A DNA stretch of 54,883 nt, filler included, from Bipalium vagum (Eukaryota), in NCBI GenBank assembly GCA_037834085.1. It is 3 parts of 3 records of this genome, joined end to end, with 100 filler letters (N's around TTAATTAATTAA, not from the genome) between each part and the next. Parts side by side here need not be neighbours in the genome. Positions count along the whole stretch, not along the records: positions 36,357 to 54,883 come from JBBMKC010026345.1; 2 more parts are not named here. One strand, written 5' to 3'. Shown here in pieces: positions 39,150-51,659 of the stretch. Both the position numbers and the translations under genes were made by a program. How positions within the stretch are numbered: the first letter of the stretch is position 1; each line of letters begins with the position of its first letter. A model generated the notes under the pieces. It did not search any database and was not told the DNA's origin. It was given only the letters and a program-made list of their open reading frames with translations.

Positions 39150-40075
39150 TGTCATTTTCTCATAGTAATCAAAAAATACAGTTACCAAGTATTTATTTAT
39201 CGTAGATACCCTGATAGTATTGCTCTTATTGAAATCTTTTTCCTTGCTTCTCTGATATTTAGCTTAAATTCTACAAAAGGTGGGTATAACACAAGCACCT
39301 TGAGAGATCTTCAACTTCCCTAAAAAAATCTTAACTATATCATCAACAACCATGTAGTTTTCGTCTCAATGATTACCAAAGAAGCAATGTAGAACTACAT
39401 TAAAGGTATTCTTAGCCTTTCTCTGATTATCATTAAAAAATCGGAAACGGGATGATGACAAAATTTTCCGGATTTTGAAACCAACAAATAAACCTGCTTT
39501 CACTTTTGCATTCGACAACCCTGGAAATAAAACTTCAAGATAGTGAAATGCTTGTGAATCATTATAGCTCTTTTTATAGAGCAATCAATAAATATTCTCC
39601 ATTCTTAGGATTGTATGAAATTTTTATGGCACCAAGCAGACCCAGAATGTAATTGCAAAAGTAGACTTTGAGGTAAGTAATGCAAAAATAAGGAAGTGTG
39701 ATATGGAGTTTTCTTTAATCCGTAATTCCGACAAAATTGTTTTTAGCAGAAATTTCAAAAAACCTGCACATGATTTTCAGATTATTTAATTTAGATCACT
39801 TTGTTTTGGAAAGTACGGCTTTTTCAAAAACTATCCTAGATGCAACAGACAGAATATCGTCAATGCATCCTTCAAATATATTGGTCCGACATATGAGAAC
39901 TGGCAGCTCTCTTCCAGGTTAAGCTTTAGCCATATAAGGTGGAACATCTGAATATGAAAATTGGTCTCTAAGTTTCCCTTTAAGTTTTAGCACATCAATC
40001 ATACAAAAATATCTGTTTCTATCTTGGTCCGTTGTCTCTCTTCAAATACTTGGGTTGTCAAACTTCATATTCTCA
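39150..40075 (-). mobile_element. Degenerate DNA transposase, Chapaev3 (CMC)-like
   Basis: MKFDNPSI*RETTDQDRNRYFC (cf. FxxPMVWREPxxHxxDCYFC). ORF 39366-39584 AFHYLEVLFPGLSNAKVKAGLFVG..FFGNH. Then SLKV and SEKQGKRFQ..YQG (cf. SDEQGERFHQ..RYQG). Family name is from recollection of this motif set. Confidence 0.7.
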
Positions 40076-40169
40076 TTTTCTACAAAATACTAAATACTAA
40101 ATACTACAAATTTAATGAGATGTGTATTTCTTGTCTTGGTCTTGATTTAATTTATAATATATTTCATGA

Positions 40170-40460
40170 GGTTCGAACAATTAGTTTGCTTGAATTTTTT
40201 TAAAATAAGGACCTCACGCCTAAATTAACGATTATTAAATTATTTTATTTTTAAATTATTATTTAAAGATTTTAAAAATTATAATGTTACGGTTTTTTAA
40301 ATATTTAAATAAATGTTGGTAAATTTTTATAAATTAAATAATTTAATTTTAAAAAGTGAGGTTCATTTTTGAAAAGTTTTTTAAAGTAATCAGATTTAAT
40401 GAAATAAATTATTATTGCTTTGATCTTACATTATTTTTTAAAATGACAACACAAGAATAT
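40170..40460. repeat. AT-rich interspersed repeat, copy 2 (uninterrupted)
   Basis: Shares blocks with copy 1 at 28609-30070: aattagtttg..ataag.acctc..ctaaattaacg.ttatta, aaatgttg.taaattttt, catttttgaaaa and caagaata. Confidence 0.7.
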
Positions 40461-41624
40461 AACTTGAAAATGCCTCAATTCAACAAAAGCGAATTTTTAA
40501 TTTTTATGATTTGTAAATATTAAAACCAGGAAAATCAAGAAATAACAAAAAAATTATATTAAAAAATTATCTAATCACTCAATATTTTGTTAAATAATTA
40601 AAATTAAGATTTTCAAGAATTTATTGATTATATCACAAATATATATTCAAAACATATTTAGTCAAATCATGGGAATTATTTGGTAATATAAATAAAAATT
40701 AAAATTCTATATATAATTTAAGTATTCAAATAATTAAATTTTATTATTTATTAATACTATTATTGAAATATTTTTTAAATTCTTAAATTTTACAAAAACA
40801 TTATTTATAAATAAATTTTAAATAATTTATTTTAAATATTATAATATTAATAAAAACACTAAATTAATATATATGATGAAAATATGACCATTATCTCCAT
40901 GATTTATATTACAGTACATATTTACTGTGATTGTTTCCCCAGATCAAATTGCCGTGAAACTCGTTTATTATTCTTTATTTTTAATAAATTTATTAAATTT
41001 GTATATTTATAAAATAAAACTAAATAAGAAAGTATCAATTAATTGAGATGCAAATGGAATATATTATATTTGTGCTTTCGAGCAATTAAAAATCCACCAG
41101 CTCTTCCGGATAACAAATAATATATCGAAAAATATTCTAGAATGTCAATCAATAAATATATTTTTTTCGAATAATATGAATAAAATTTTGGATGTCATTT
41201 AATACACCAATACACTTTCCTTTAAATTTTATTAAATTATTCATTAATCGCAATTCGACAAAATATTAATGATATTTCATGTCTCTAATAACTTCATTTT
41301 CAACTGTGAGTTTTACATATTGCAAAATAATAAATCAACGCTACCTACTTAAACATTTAAATATTTTTATAATTATATTATATATAATCATATAAAAAAT
41401 AATATAAATATTAGGTTTGAATAATTACAATAAACTTTAAAAATTGTTTTATTAAAAATATTTTTTTTCAATCAAAATATGTTATTTTGGTAAATATTAT
41501 AACAAAACCTCAACAAGATAAATATAATACAAAATAATTTTATAAAAAGTAGATTAAGTTAAAATATAAAAAAAAGAATTTTAAATCAAAATAAAAAGTT
41601 TTATCTCTCATGAAATAGACATAC

Positions 41625-41763
41625 TAAAGTTTCAAAGTTTGGTGGTCTTATGAAAACATAAATAGCTTCCAGATTGGCATTCTTGATTTTGGCCACTCCT
41701 TGACTGTCAATGTCTAAAATGCATATTTTGTTTTTCAGGAGAACCTCTTTGATGGCATTTTTG
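41625..41763 (-). CDS. GUK1: Guanylate kinase, internal exon
   Basis: cttcAG acceptor and TTA/GTATGT donor. 139 nt, phase 2 to 0: (H)KNAIKEVLLKNKICILDIDSQGVAKIKNANLEAIYVFIRPPNFETL. Carries the canonical CILDIDxQG and FIxPP motifs. Confidence 0.93.
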
Positions 41764-42199
41764 CTGAAGTAGATTATTATTATTATTTCATAATTTTCAC
41801 ATTAGAATTATTATTTATAATGATATCCAAAAAGGGAATGGCACATGTATTTTATCTTTATTCATTTGAAACAGATGTTAATTTGAATGAGATTATCTTT
41901 ATCACAATTATGGAAGAAAAGAGAAATGAGAAAGTGAAATCAAACGTTAATCAGTAAAGACTGAAAGATATCAAGAAAAGTTTTTAATTATTGAACTTTA
42001 ATGGAAAATACTGTTCAGAGTAAATTATGTTATTATTAGACTTCGAAATATATAGCGTGTGTGGATTGCAAGATATCTCTTTTTAAAGACCTGTGCTAAT
42101 AAAATAGGTGATTTGTTTGATTGAACTAGTTGGTGTTATTTATGTTAACTATTTTAAAAAATATTCTGTGAAAAATTTTGATATTATTAACATTGTTTT

Positions 42200-43126
42200 C
42201 TCTACATAATTTTAAATAGAGAAATATATGTATATATCAAATTAGCAATATTTACGCTAACTGATGCTGTTTCTGTTTGACATAAAAAATTTGTTGCAGA
42301 CTCTCACAGAATACTTGTGAAGTCTTATATTAAGAGTTTTAACAAAAGCAATTAGCAAAAGATGGTTTAAATGCCTGAAAAAAGTTGATTTTTTAACTGA
42401 ATACATAGAATAAATTGGATAAAAAGCATTGGTGGATGAAGATATTTTTCTGTCAAAAATGATCTCGCGAATTCAAAGCATTAAATGTTTAAAGACCTAA
42501 GATAACAATTAAAATTTTGTTAGCTTGGTTAAAAATGATAAGTATTTTGAATCAAATTTTTTTTTTAACAAAAGATGGATTTATCACCACCATCTTAAGT
42601 TCAAGAAAGTATTTTTCTTAATTCTTGATATATTTTGGTTTTTTCTTTTTATTGTATGTTTACATACCGAGTAACTGTTTTATTCTGTGAACAGTACTAT
42701 AACGAACAACAAATGTTCACCAGCATTGAGAAACGATTTTAACGGATTATTTATGAATGGGGATCACACTCTCTTTTGGTTTCCTTTGGTATTTGGACGA
42801 TCAGATTTCTTTAAAAATTCGATACGATCTTCACCTATAAATCCCTCTGATAAGCCTTGTATCAATCTTCTTAGTACATTTTCGACAAAAGAAATGGTCA
42901 ATTGTCCATTTAAGATTTCTAATATTACCTTGGAAATATTCTATTATTCGGTTGGCTCTATCTTGATAAAACTTAACGTTCATTTATACCAAAAATCAAC
43001 ATGTTATATATGAAATTAAAGCTTACTTAATTTTCTATTAGAATATAAAATTTTCCAATCAATAATTTAATAATTATAAAAATTATGGTTGTTTTAAGTA
43101 TGCGGTACTACTTTTGAAACACACTA
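42200..43126 (-). mobile_element. Heavily decayed Tc1-superfamily element, possibly DD37E/TRT-like
   Basis: TA-tagtgtgtttcaaaagtagtaccgca terminus. N-terminal remnants (YFQGNIRNLKWTIDHF; PFINNP) parallel the ORF at 27339-27680. Confidence 0.45.
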
Positions 43127-43137
43127 TATTCATCAAA

Positions 43138-43350
43138 AATCTCTTAAGACATGCATAAAGAAACATCAAAGCGGTAAATTCTCCCTTTTCCGGTCTTCCT
43201 GTGACAGAGCATCGTAGAGATTTACTTCATTAATTTTGCTACCCATGTCATAAATATTTGATACAAAATATGAAAATATTTTAGAGATTGAGCCATACCT
43301 CATACTTGAAATTTCTTTAGGAAATTAAATGATTAATCAGCAATTATTTC
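43138..43350 (+). mobile_element. Penelope-like GIY-YIG C-terminal relic
   Basis: KSLKTCIKKH, PVTEH and ILEIE..INQQ across frameshifts. Resembles RxLKTRIKEH..SxxAEH..KILxxE. Confidence 0.4.
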
Positions 43351-46199
43351 ATAAATAAAATTATAAAAATTTTCTGTTTTCTTTTTCCAGATATTTTCAA
43401 TTTTTTCAAAGAAAACCGTGAGAATAGACTGATTTCTATAGACAGAATTTTTAAAGTTAACATTGAACAATGCTTTTATATTTGATGGAAAATAATTAAC
43501 TTTTCTTCATTAAATGGGATTAATTAATTGTGCAGATATGAGAAGACACTTAATACCCAGAGGTGTGAAGTAATTATGAAGTGGAATTACTTTCTTTCAT
43601 CAATAACTGACGAAACGTCTAATAGAATTTAATGATTGAAAGGACGCACGGCAAGGTTCTTATGAGGAGGATGATAATAGATTGTTGTAGGGATTAAAAC
43701 CTTTTAAGTGTTTCAACTTAGACTGACATTTATCTACCACAATTTTAAAAATAATGTCAATGGAAAGAAATAAAAAGCACTAAAAGTTGATTTACTAAAA
43801 AAAATCAATAAATGATTTTGTCGAAGAGTTTTTCTCTGCTTTTATTTAAAAGTCTGGATGACCTTATGGTTCAACAGATTTTCATTAATTATTATTCTGG
43901 AGGTGCTGAGAAAATATTAAACAAATTATTTTAAAGAACATCATAAAATTGATTAAGATCAAGTATAAGGAAGCAGGCTCGGAACAATATTAATTACTTA
44001 TGTCTGTTAATAAAGATGAAGATCATTAACATTGACTGTATTAGATTTGGTAAATGACATTATGGTTCTGTACAGTAGCAAATATTAGAAGATATGTTGA
44101 ATTATCAAGTAAAATTATGATCATAGATGATGGAAAATCAAATGACATGATACCACAGATTTAAAAGAAGGAAACACTGGGTTCCCAATAAAATCAAATA
44201 AAATTAGTTTTTTAATCATACTAAATTATAAATTATTATCAGTAACGTTCTTCCATCTGTCTATTCTCTGAAATTCTCAAAGAATCTGATTAGCCAATAA
44301 TATCAATGTATTCAAATCGAATTCCTGTTTGTGTTTTATTAGTTTACTCTTTGAGGTCGAGATTTTTTCTAAAAGTTTTGATTCATTTCTAAATTTACAA
44401 ATGTCTAGAAACTCACTGTGTGCATTTTTAAATATTTTTTCACGATTTTTACGGTACAATTTTTGTTCTAAACTCATGTAGCATAATTTTCCTCAAATTA
44501 TATATAATATCTTTTTTGAATATGTTAATGTAAACAGACATTTTTCATGAAAACACTTTTTGTAACTTTCCCAAAAAACTTATTGATTAAAAATGAGAAA
44601 TTGGTCATTATATTCACAACAATAGTAATAAGCAAGTCGAGACAAAACAGAACTAGTTAACCAGGAAGAATTTTTAGATAGATCACGGATATAAATTTAA
44701 TTTATAATATTTATTATTCACATTGTTCATTGTAAACAATATTGATTTAAATTATTGTATATCTTTCAGATAAATCTTTAAGATTATAAAGTTCTTTCTA
44801 TAAATTTGATTTGCTTTCATATCTTAATATCAACGATAATTATTTTAAATTTTTTATATCAACATTCAATAAGATAAGTAGGATAATAAAATAATAAGCA
44901 GATAATTTCTTCATTTTTCATTTCTTCATATTTTTAAGACAGGGGACACTTGGTTTAATGAATTTCCATACGAATATATTTTAAAATATATAATTTAATT
45001 TTATTTAAATTACTATCCGACAAAATTAAATGTGAAATACGGTAGTATATCTGTAAAAGATTCACCCATATTTTTGTATAAAATTGGAACACAATTGAGA
45101 CATGAAAAAATTTATTTTGGAATAGTATAAAATTTTCTTAATAATTTCTAAATTAAAGAGTGAATAAATTGATCAGTCAGTATGAATTTATAACTCAGTT
45201 CAAAATGATATTAATTATTTTTCAATTCTTCTGGAAAATTAAAAAAACTGGAAAGATCATCAATAATTTTTCCTCTTCATAATTTTAACTTCTCTTATGA
45301 AAAAATTATGAAATATTGATTAAATATTTCTGAAATAATTTGATGTGATAAAATTGAGTTTCCAAAATAAAATATGTAAAATCTCATAAATCTTTAAATA
45401 AAATAAGTATAATATTTATTTAATTTTTTGATAATTGGTCGAGAAATTTATTCTTTTCTGGAAATTAAGAAATTGATTTATTCGTTTTATCTTTGCAGTT
45501 TATTGGCAGAATATTTAATGAAACGGGTTTTAAAGTTTGATTTTGCTATGTTAATTCCATTAAATATATAAAAGATAATTTTAACTTGGAAGTATTCCTA
45601 TAAAATTTGCAATTTTCGAAAGTTTAATGTAAAAGATTTAATATTACTATTTAAAAATAATTAAAATAAATAAAAAATAAAAATATATTTAATAATCGAC
45701 TTTTTAAATCACCTAACTAAAATAATTATTAGCTTTTATAAAAAAAGTTATTTGAGGAAAAGATTAATATTTTAATTGTCGTAAAGTTACCTTTTTTGTC
45801 AGATCGATTTAGCGCAATAAAAAATTGTTATTTTAATATTTTAAATTATTAATGCAATATGTATCAAAAAATCGACACGGGTGATTTGATTTATTGATAA
45901 ATTTTTATCAACTTGTTTTTTAGGTTAGAAAATTTGAAAATCATTCTGATTTCTACATATAACTATATATATTATTAATATAAAGGTGCTCATTTATTTC
46001 CTGTGCACGGAAAAGTCATTCCAGAAATGAGCATTAAGTTATTCACATTCATCAGTCTGAAATCTGTGATTTCTTTTAGAAATGTTAAAAGTACTTATTT
46101 TTTAAATGAAATATGTTGAAAAAGAGGTAGTGGAGCAGGAGAGTTAAAATACCTTAATGTATATTCAAAGTTGGAATCCACAAAAAATGGTAAAACTAT

Positions 46200-47030
46200 C
46201 AAGGTATTCTTTAACTGCTACTGAAGAAAATGTAGCTTTTAAATGGCACATTATCCATAATAATTATTGATTTGCCGGTTCTCTCAGTTTCAATATGTTC
46301 CATTAGGGATGAAATGAAAACAGTGAAGGTACTTGAATTGTAAGCGGTTGTCTGCGAATAATATTTAGTGATACCACATTTGGTATTGGCACAGTACACT
46401 GATATATTTCTGGATCTTAATCCAGGCACATTTTGAACTGCATTTGTACCTTTGTGAGATTGGCCGTGTTTGCATCTTATAGATACATTAAATCGGACTT
46501 CATCGGCGAAATAGAAGCGGTTCTCATCGATAATTGATAATATATGAAAGAAATCATTGGCATATTTTTCGCGGTCATCTAAAGATTTCTGATCATTTCT
46601 CCTTTTATGGATTAAGGTAGTTCTTTTTAATGTGTAGTGGAATGATTTAATGTATCTGTGAATTTTCATAATGCCGAGGTCAGCATTGAAATCATTCTTC
46701 AATTTTTAACGAATGTTATCCATAGTTATTGAACAACCTGAATCTATGTATTTATTATTTATGTATCGATTCAACATGATTATTGTCAATTATTCTCTTT
46801 TTTGGACCCCTTTTTAAATTTCGAGTGATTCTGTTTTCAGAAATATATATCTAAAATGTTATAATGAAATATGTATAAAATACATGTATAAAAATTATCT
46901 TTATAATTGAATAGATTGAAGATATATTTACGCTCATTATTTCAGTGATTTGATTTTTTGAATGTCCATTATCATAGGCCTCTATGATTCTTCTTCGTAT
47001 TTCGTTGTTTATCATTTTTGTTTTAAACTT
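46200..47030 (-). mobile_element. IS630-like Tc1/mariner-superfamily transposase relic, 3'-truncated, related to the element at 28674
   Basis: INNEIRRRIIEAYDNG HTH near 47000. ORF 46211-46702 reads FADEVRFNVSIR..LRSRNISV..IIIMDNVPF. Confidence 0.88.
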
Positions 47031-47129
47031 GTTTGTATTTGTATAAACAAAAATATTTTTATATCAAATATAAAAAATTTGAATTAAAATATTAAATATT
47101 TGAATCGTGAAGTTAAACCCTGTAAGTGG

Positions 47130-47544
47130 AAAAACCCACTATTAAAAAAAGAATATTAAGAGTTTTTCAACATGAAAATGACAAGCTTCGTGGTCGTTTG
47201 GCCAACGAGAAAATATTGCATTTTAATTAAGAACTAATACCACACCCATCATATTTGACCGGTATATTTGATTCGGAGTTTTACGTATTTCGCTCACTAC
47301 AACATTCTTTGAATGCCGGAATATTTGGTTTTAATCGCAATGATCTATATTTACTTAACCAAGCTATTCACAAATAAGGGTAAGAGGTTTTACGCCAATT
47401 ATAATCTTAAGATTATTTAGCATATGGAAGAAGGTGGTGAATCAAAAATGAAATTAAGAAATTATTAATTGGAAATGTTTTTATTAATAAAAATTATCTT
47501 TATTTTTACCAAAAACAACTCAAGTAACTTTCTGGAAAATCTAA
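47130..47544 (+). mobile_element. Mariner 3' fragment related to 33963-35226
   Basis: Decayed QHENDK, PHPSY and FRSLQHSL remnants. Shares the 3' UTR block tttttattaataaaaa and the TIR aagtaactttctggaaaatctaa-TA. Confidence 0.65.
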
Positions 47545-47824
47545 TAACAAATATGCTTTAGATAATAAATAGTAATAATATACTTTAAAATATCAGAGAA
47601 GATGAATGGATCTAAATTAGGACGAATTATTACAAGTTACATTAAGAGAGCAACAATTATGAAGAATTTCTGTAAAAAATATTCTTTGATAAATGATATT
47701 CCCTGGATTATGCATTTCTCGAAATATAATTTCATTTTTATTTGAAATATATTATTTTCCTTGTTCAGCTAATATTATGTATTATATTTATATATTATAT
47801 ATCAGGTTATTTAAAATTTCTTAC

Positions 47825-47921
47825 TGTGTTCCGTAAAAATGACCAGAATACATTGCAAATTCTATAAATTCATTTTTCTTCACACCCTTTTGGAAAGACT
47901 CCTTCGAAATAAAGTGATAAT
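47825..47921 (-). CDS. GUK1: Guanylate kinase, internal exon (GMP-binding domain)
   Basis: atttAG acceptor and ACA/GTAAGA donor. 97 nt, phase 1 to 2: (D)YHFISKESFQKGVKKNEFIEFAMYSGHFYGT(H). In frame with both neighbouring exons. Confidence 0.94.
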
Positions 47922-49258
47922 CTAAATATTGAAAACATAAAATTATCACATTTAATATATTGGATTTATTTGTTTGAATAGGATAACTTAAAAAGCGTTG
48001 TTATCCTAAAATAAGATTTTGATGATGTTTTCTATTATTGAACGTTTTCAAATTGTCATGGGTCTTAGAATGACTTACGTGAGATAAAAGTTATGTTGTT
48101 GATAAACTTGTTAGAGGTGCATGCAAATGCTTCACAAAAGAATCATTCATTAAAGATTCATTCAAAAGAATCGCCGGGATAAAAATATGCTGAAAAAAAA
48201 TTTATGTTATCCTACTGCCAATACCGAAACCACCTTTTCTTACAAAAATGCTTTTTTCTGACTAAAAATCTTTATTTATGCTTGTAAATAGACAGAACTG
48301 GGTATTTCTCATCTTTGAACATCGTAAAGAAATACAATGTCAAAAAATCAATGATTTTTGGTTGTTTTCAAATGACATGTCTATGGTCGTTTTTCCCGTT
48401 GAGAAAAATGTATTTGGCGGAAACCACTAAGATATTCTAAAGTCTTGTTTCATAAACCATGTTACAGGACTCGATAAAAATTAATTTTTGAACAGGATAT
48501 AATATCGAAAATAATTATTTTTATAAAGTAAGAAAATCGTAAAATAAAAAATTTCAAGAAAAGGAAACAGAACTTTAATTGAACCTCCTTTCTTAAAACC
48601 TTTTTAGAATTAAAAAAAATTTTTCTTTTACATTTCTTCTAACAATTTTCAATTAAAGATTGAATTGGTTATTAATAAAGGTGCAAACACTTCTGAATCT
48701 ATGAAGGGGTTATCTAAACGACTTTCAGAAAAAGATATATGAAAACTATACCTAAAAATGATACATTAGGTATCGGAAATTAATTGTTAAGCCCATAATT
48801 CTCATAATATATACTTATTCTTCGGATACCTGTTGTAACAGGGTTGTCTTATTCCTTTTTATTGACAAAACATGATTTATTCAATAAACATTTTAATGAT
48901 ACAGGTCAAATTTATTTTGACAAAAATATTAATATTAAGAGTTAACGTTAGTTATAATGTCTCAAAGTAGTACAATAATATAATCAAATTTTGTTAAAAT
49001 ATTTATTATGGTACATGAATTGTGTTATAATAATTTTTAAGAAAAAGTATCGATTTCATTGAAATTATTGTGAAATAAATTGTAAATAAAGATGTACATA
49101 ATTCTCATTAAAATCAAAAATATAAATGAAATAAATAAACTTCGAATTTTCATTAAATTAATCAAATATTAAATGTTAAATTATGTTGTACTTTTATTGT
49201 TTAAAATAACTATTTGAATCTTACATCATCATATTCAATCTCATAAATATTTTTAATT

Positions 49259-49334
49259 TAATAATAATAATAATAAAATAGTAATAATAATAATAATAAA
49301 AATAGTAATAATAATAATAATAAAAATAGTAAAA
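49259..49334. repeat. (TAA)n-based low-complexity repeat with about 24-bp periodic aaaatagt interruptions
   Basis: aaaatagtaataataataataat units run into the gap. Confidence 0.85.
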
Positions 49335-49516
49335 NNNNNNNNNNNNNNNNNNNNNNNNNNNNNNNNNNNNNNNNNNNNNNNNNNNNNNNNNNNNNNNNNN
49401 NNNNNNNNNNNNNNNNNNNNNNNNNNNNNNNNNNNNNNNNNNNNNNNNNNNNNNNNNNNNNNNNNNNNNNNNNNNNNNNNNNNNNNNNNNNNNNNNNNNN
49501 NNNNNNNNNNNNNNNN
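49335..49516. other. Ordinary scaffold gap (182 N) inside a guanylate kinase intron
   Basis: No linker. GUK exons on the two sides are colinear and in phase. Confidence 0.95.
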
Positions 49517-49691
49517 GAATGGAATAATTCCTGATAACAGAAAATATAAAATAGATAGTAAAACAAGTAAGACTTATTACGAATTTTATTGTACATCTGC
49601 ACGATTAATAAAAATAAAACTTTGCAACATCTACTTACAAAGTCATATTAATAATATTTTAACGTTGAAAAGGAAAAAGAATAACACTAAC

Positions 49692-49733
49692 CAATGCCAT
49701 CTTTTTCTTCTCCTCTCGGGTCTCTGGTCGTAT
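49692..49733 (-). CDS. GUK1: Guanylate kinase, 42-nt exon (TTRxPRxxExxG signature)
   Basis: aatttAG acceptor and TTG/GTTAGT donor. Phase 1-1: xTTRDPRGEEKDGI(D), which joins to DYHF. Confidence 0.92.
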
Positions 49734-50789
49734 CTAAATTGTATTTGCTTATTAAATCGATTGTATTTAAGTTGATAGAATTTAGTTTGGAAATTGGATT
49801 ATGACGTCACTTTTTTATGAAGAGGAATGGAAAATATAAATAATAAATTTCACTGCCTCATAATTCTAAGGATTACACTTTAAAAAATGACCAGACAAGT
49901 ATAAAACATCTTTAATGAAAAAATAGTATCTCTCTCTCAATCTGGATGATTATTTCAGTTTAATTAAAAATTGTTTAAATTTTTTTGTTTTAAAGAAGAA
50001 ATAACAATCTACAATATTTAGAAATTAATAACAATTTAATATCAATGAAAAATTATCTTTACTATTCCAATTTCTTCCGGAAAATCGATTAAAATATATT
50101 ATAAAGATGACGCAAAAATAATGCAGACTTTTGTCCTTTTAATGCTTAATTAAAAGTTTAATTTTATTAAATGTGCATATTAGAAAATTTAAGTTTTATT
50201 TTCACTAATTTCAATCATAAATTCAATATATATTTCTGACTCGTAAAATTTCAATTTATTTATTTAATATATAATTTATATAATATAAATCAGATTTTTC
50301 AGAATTTACTATGGTGAATTAAGCTCGACTGGGACAATGCGCAAAATAACCGGGTTTTAAGTAAAGGGAATGTTCAACCTTAATTGATTAAAGCGTTCTT
50401 CAATTTATTTTTGTTACAAAGGGGTTGTCTAGAAAATGATGAACGATGTGATTTCCCACCGGTTTTATTGAATAATTAAATGAGACAAATAATCAAAATT
50501 GACCATATTATTAAATGAAATCAGAAACCCGGAAAAAATTTAAGGATATAATCTTCAAAAGGTTTTCCAAAAAATATTTTGAAATAAAGTGACAGTTTTG
50601 TAAAGTCTACATTATTTAATCCACAATAAATCTTTGAATGGTGATGAAATAATTATAGCTCCGAAATAATATTTACAATTTTCTACAGTATCACAAATTT
50701 TGAATTGAACTTTAACTAAAAGAACCCTGAATTCTTGCTTAAAAGCCATACTGGTACATAAGTCACTTTAAAAAACCCAGAAATATAAC

Positions 50790-51048
50790 ATTTTATGTAG
50801 ATAAGCCGAAATTATGGATACACCATAACATGAATTTTTAAAAAAATATTAAAATTAATACATACTATTTTTAAGAAAATTTGTTTAAATATTGTTAAAT
50901 CGTTAACATTTTCAAATTTCATATTAGCAATGAATACAAATTAAACTCTAAAATCTTATTCAAGACACCGAAAACTGGAAGCGGTTAACCATGCCGAAAA
51001 GCATGGCAATTCGGCAGCAGCTAAGGAGTTTAGAATAGACGAATCAAA
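50790..51048 (+). mobile_element. pogo-family 5' fragment with Brinker-type HTH (POGK-like)
   Basis: SYSRHRKLEAVNHAEKHGNSAAAKEFRIDESK at about 50954-51048, truncated abruptly. A subterminal-like ataagccgaaat lies at about 50801. Confidence 0.65.
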
Positions 51049-51659
51049 GAAATAATATCTACAATTTTCTACAGTATCACAAATTTTGAATTGAACTTTA
51101 TCTAAAAGAAAATGACCATTCATTCCGAATGGGAATACATAATCGCATATTTTATTGACGATAAATAGATTTAACGAGCTTGTTTTCAGGAATATTCCCC
51201 AAACTAACAGAAATTTATTTTTTCCAAAACTTTAATTCTCCAAAAAAGTATTTTGCTAAACAGTTCAAAACTGCAAAAGACATCCTATATTTTTTGAAGT
51301 CTAAAAAATGAATTTCTACGGTGTCGGAAGAAATAAACTTTGTCTATGACAAAAATGAGTGAAATTAAAATATTACTTTTGTGAATATTAGATTTTTTGT
51401 TTCAATGAGTTCTAATCGAAAACCATGTATCTTTTTTAACACTAACATTAAAATATTTTATTTCAAAATAATGTGGTAGAAATATTATATCTAACTCAAT
51501 GTGGTCCCAGAGAATTTTTTGAAATATGATAATAAAGATAATATGAATATTAATGAAAATAAATTTCATTGAGATGTCCAAAGTTATTCAATATTTTAAT
51601 AATTTCCATAAAAATTCGTTACAAAATTTCAAAACCTAAAAGTGTCCTTGGGTTGAATA

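Noticed and set aside
41625-41713. ttttAG-ACATTGAC start mimicking a DID(E)C EGF exon, which would suggest a GUK-EGF fusion
   Set aside because: No cysteines follow. It is the internal LDID motif of the longer guanylate kinase exon.
43700-44480. Possible Penelope RT or GIY-YIG traces (NYF, RRYVE, HKQEFDLN)
   Set aside because: Motifs are too short and inconsistent in strand to call.
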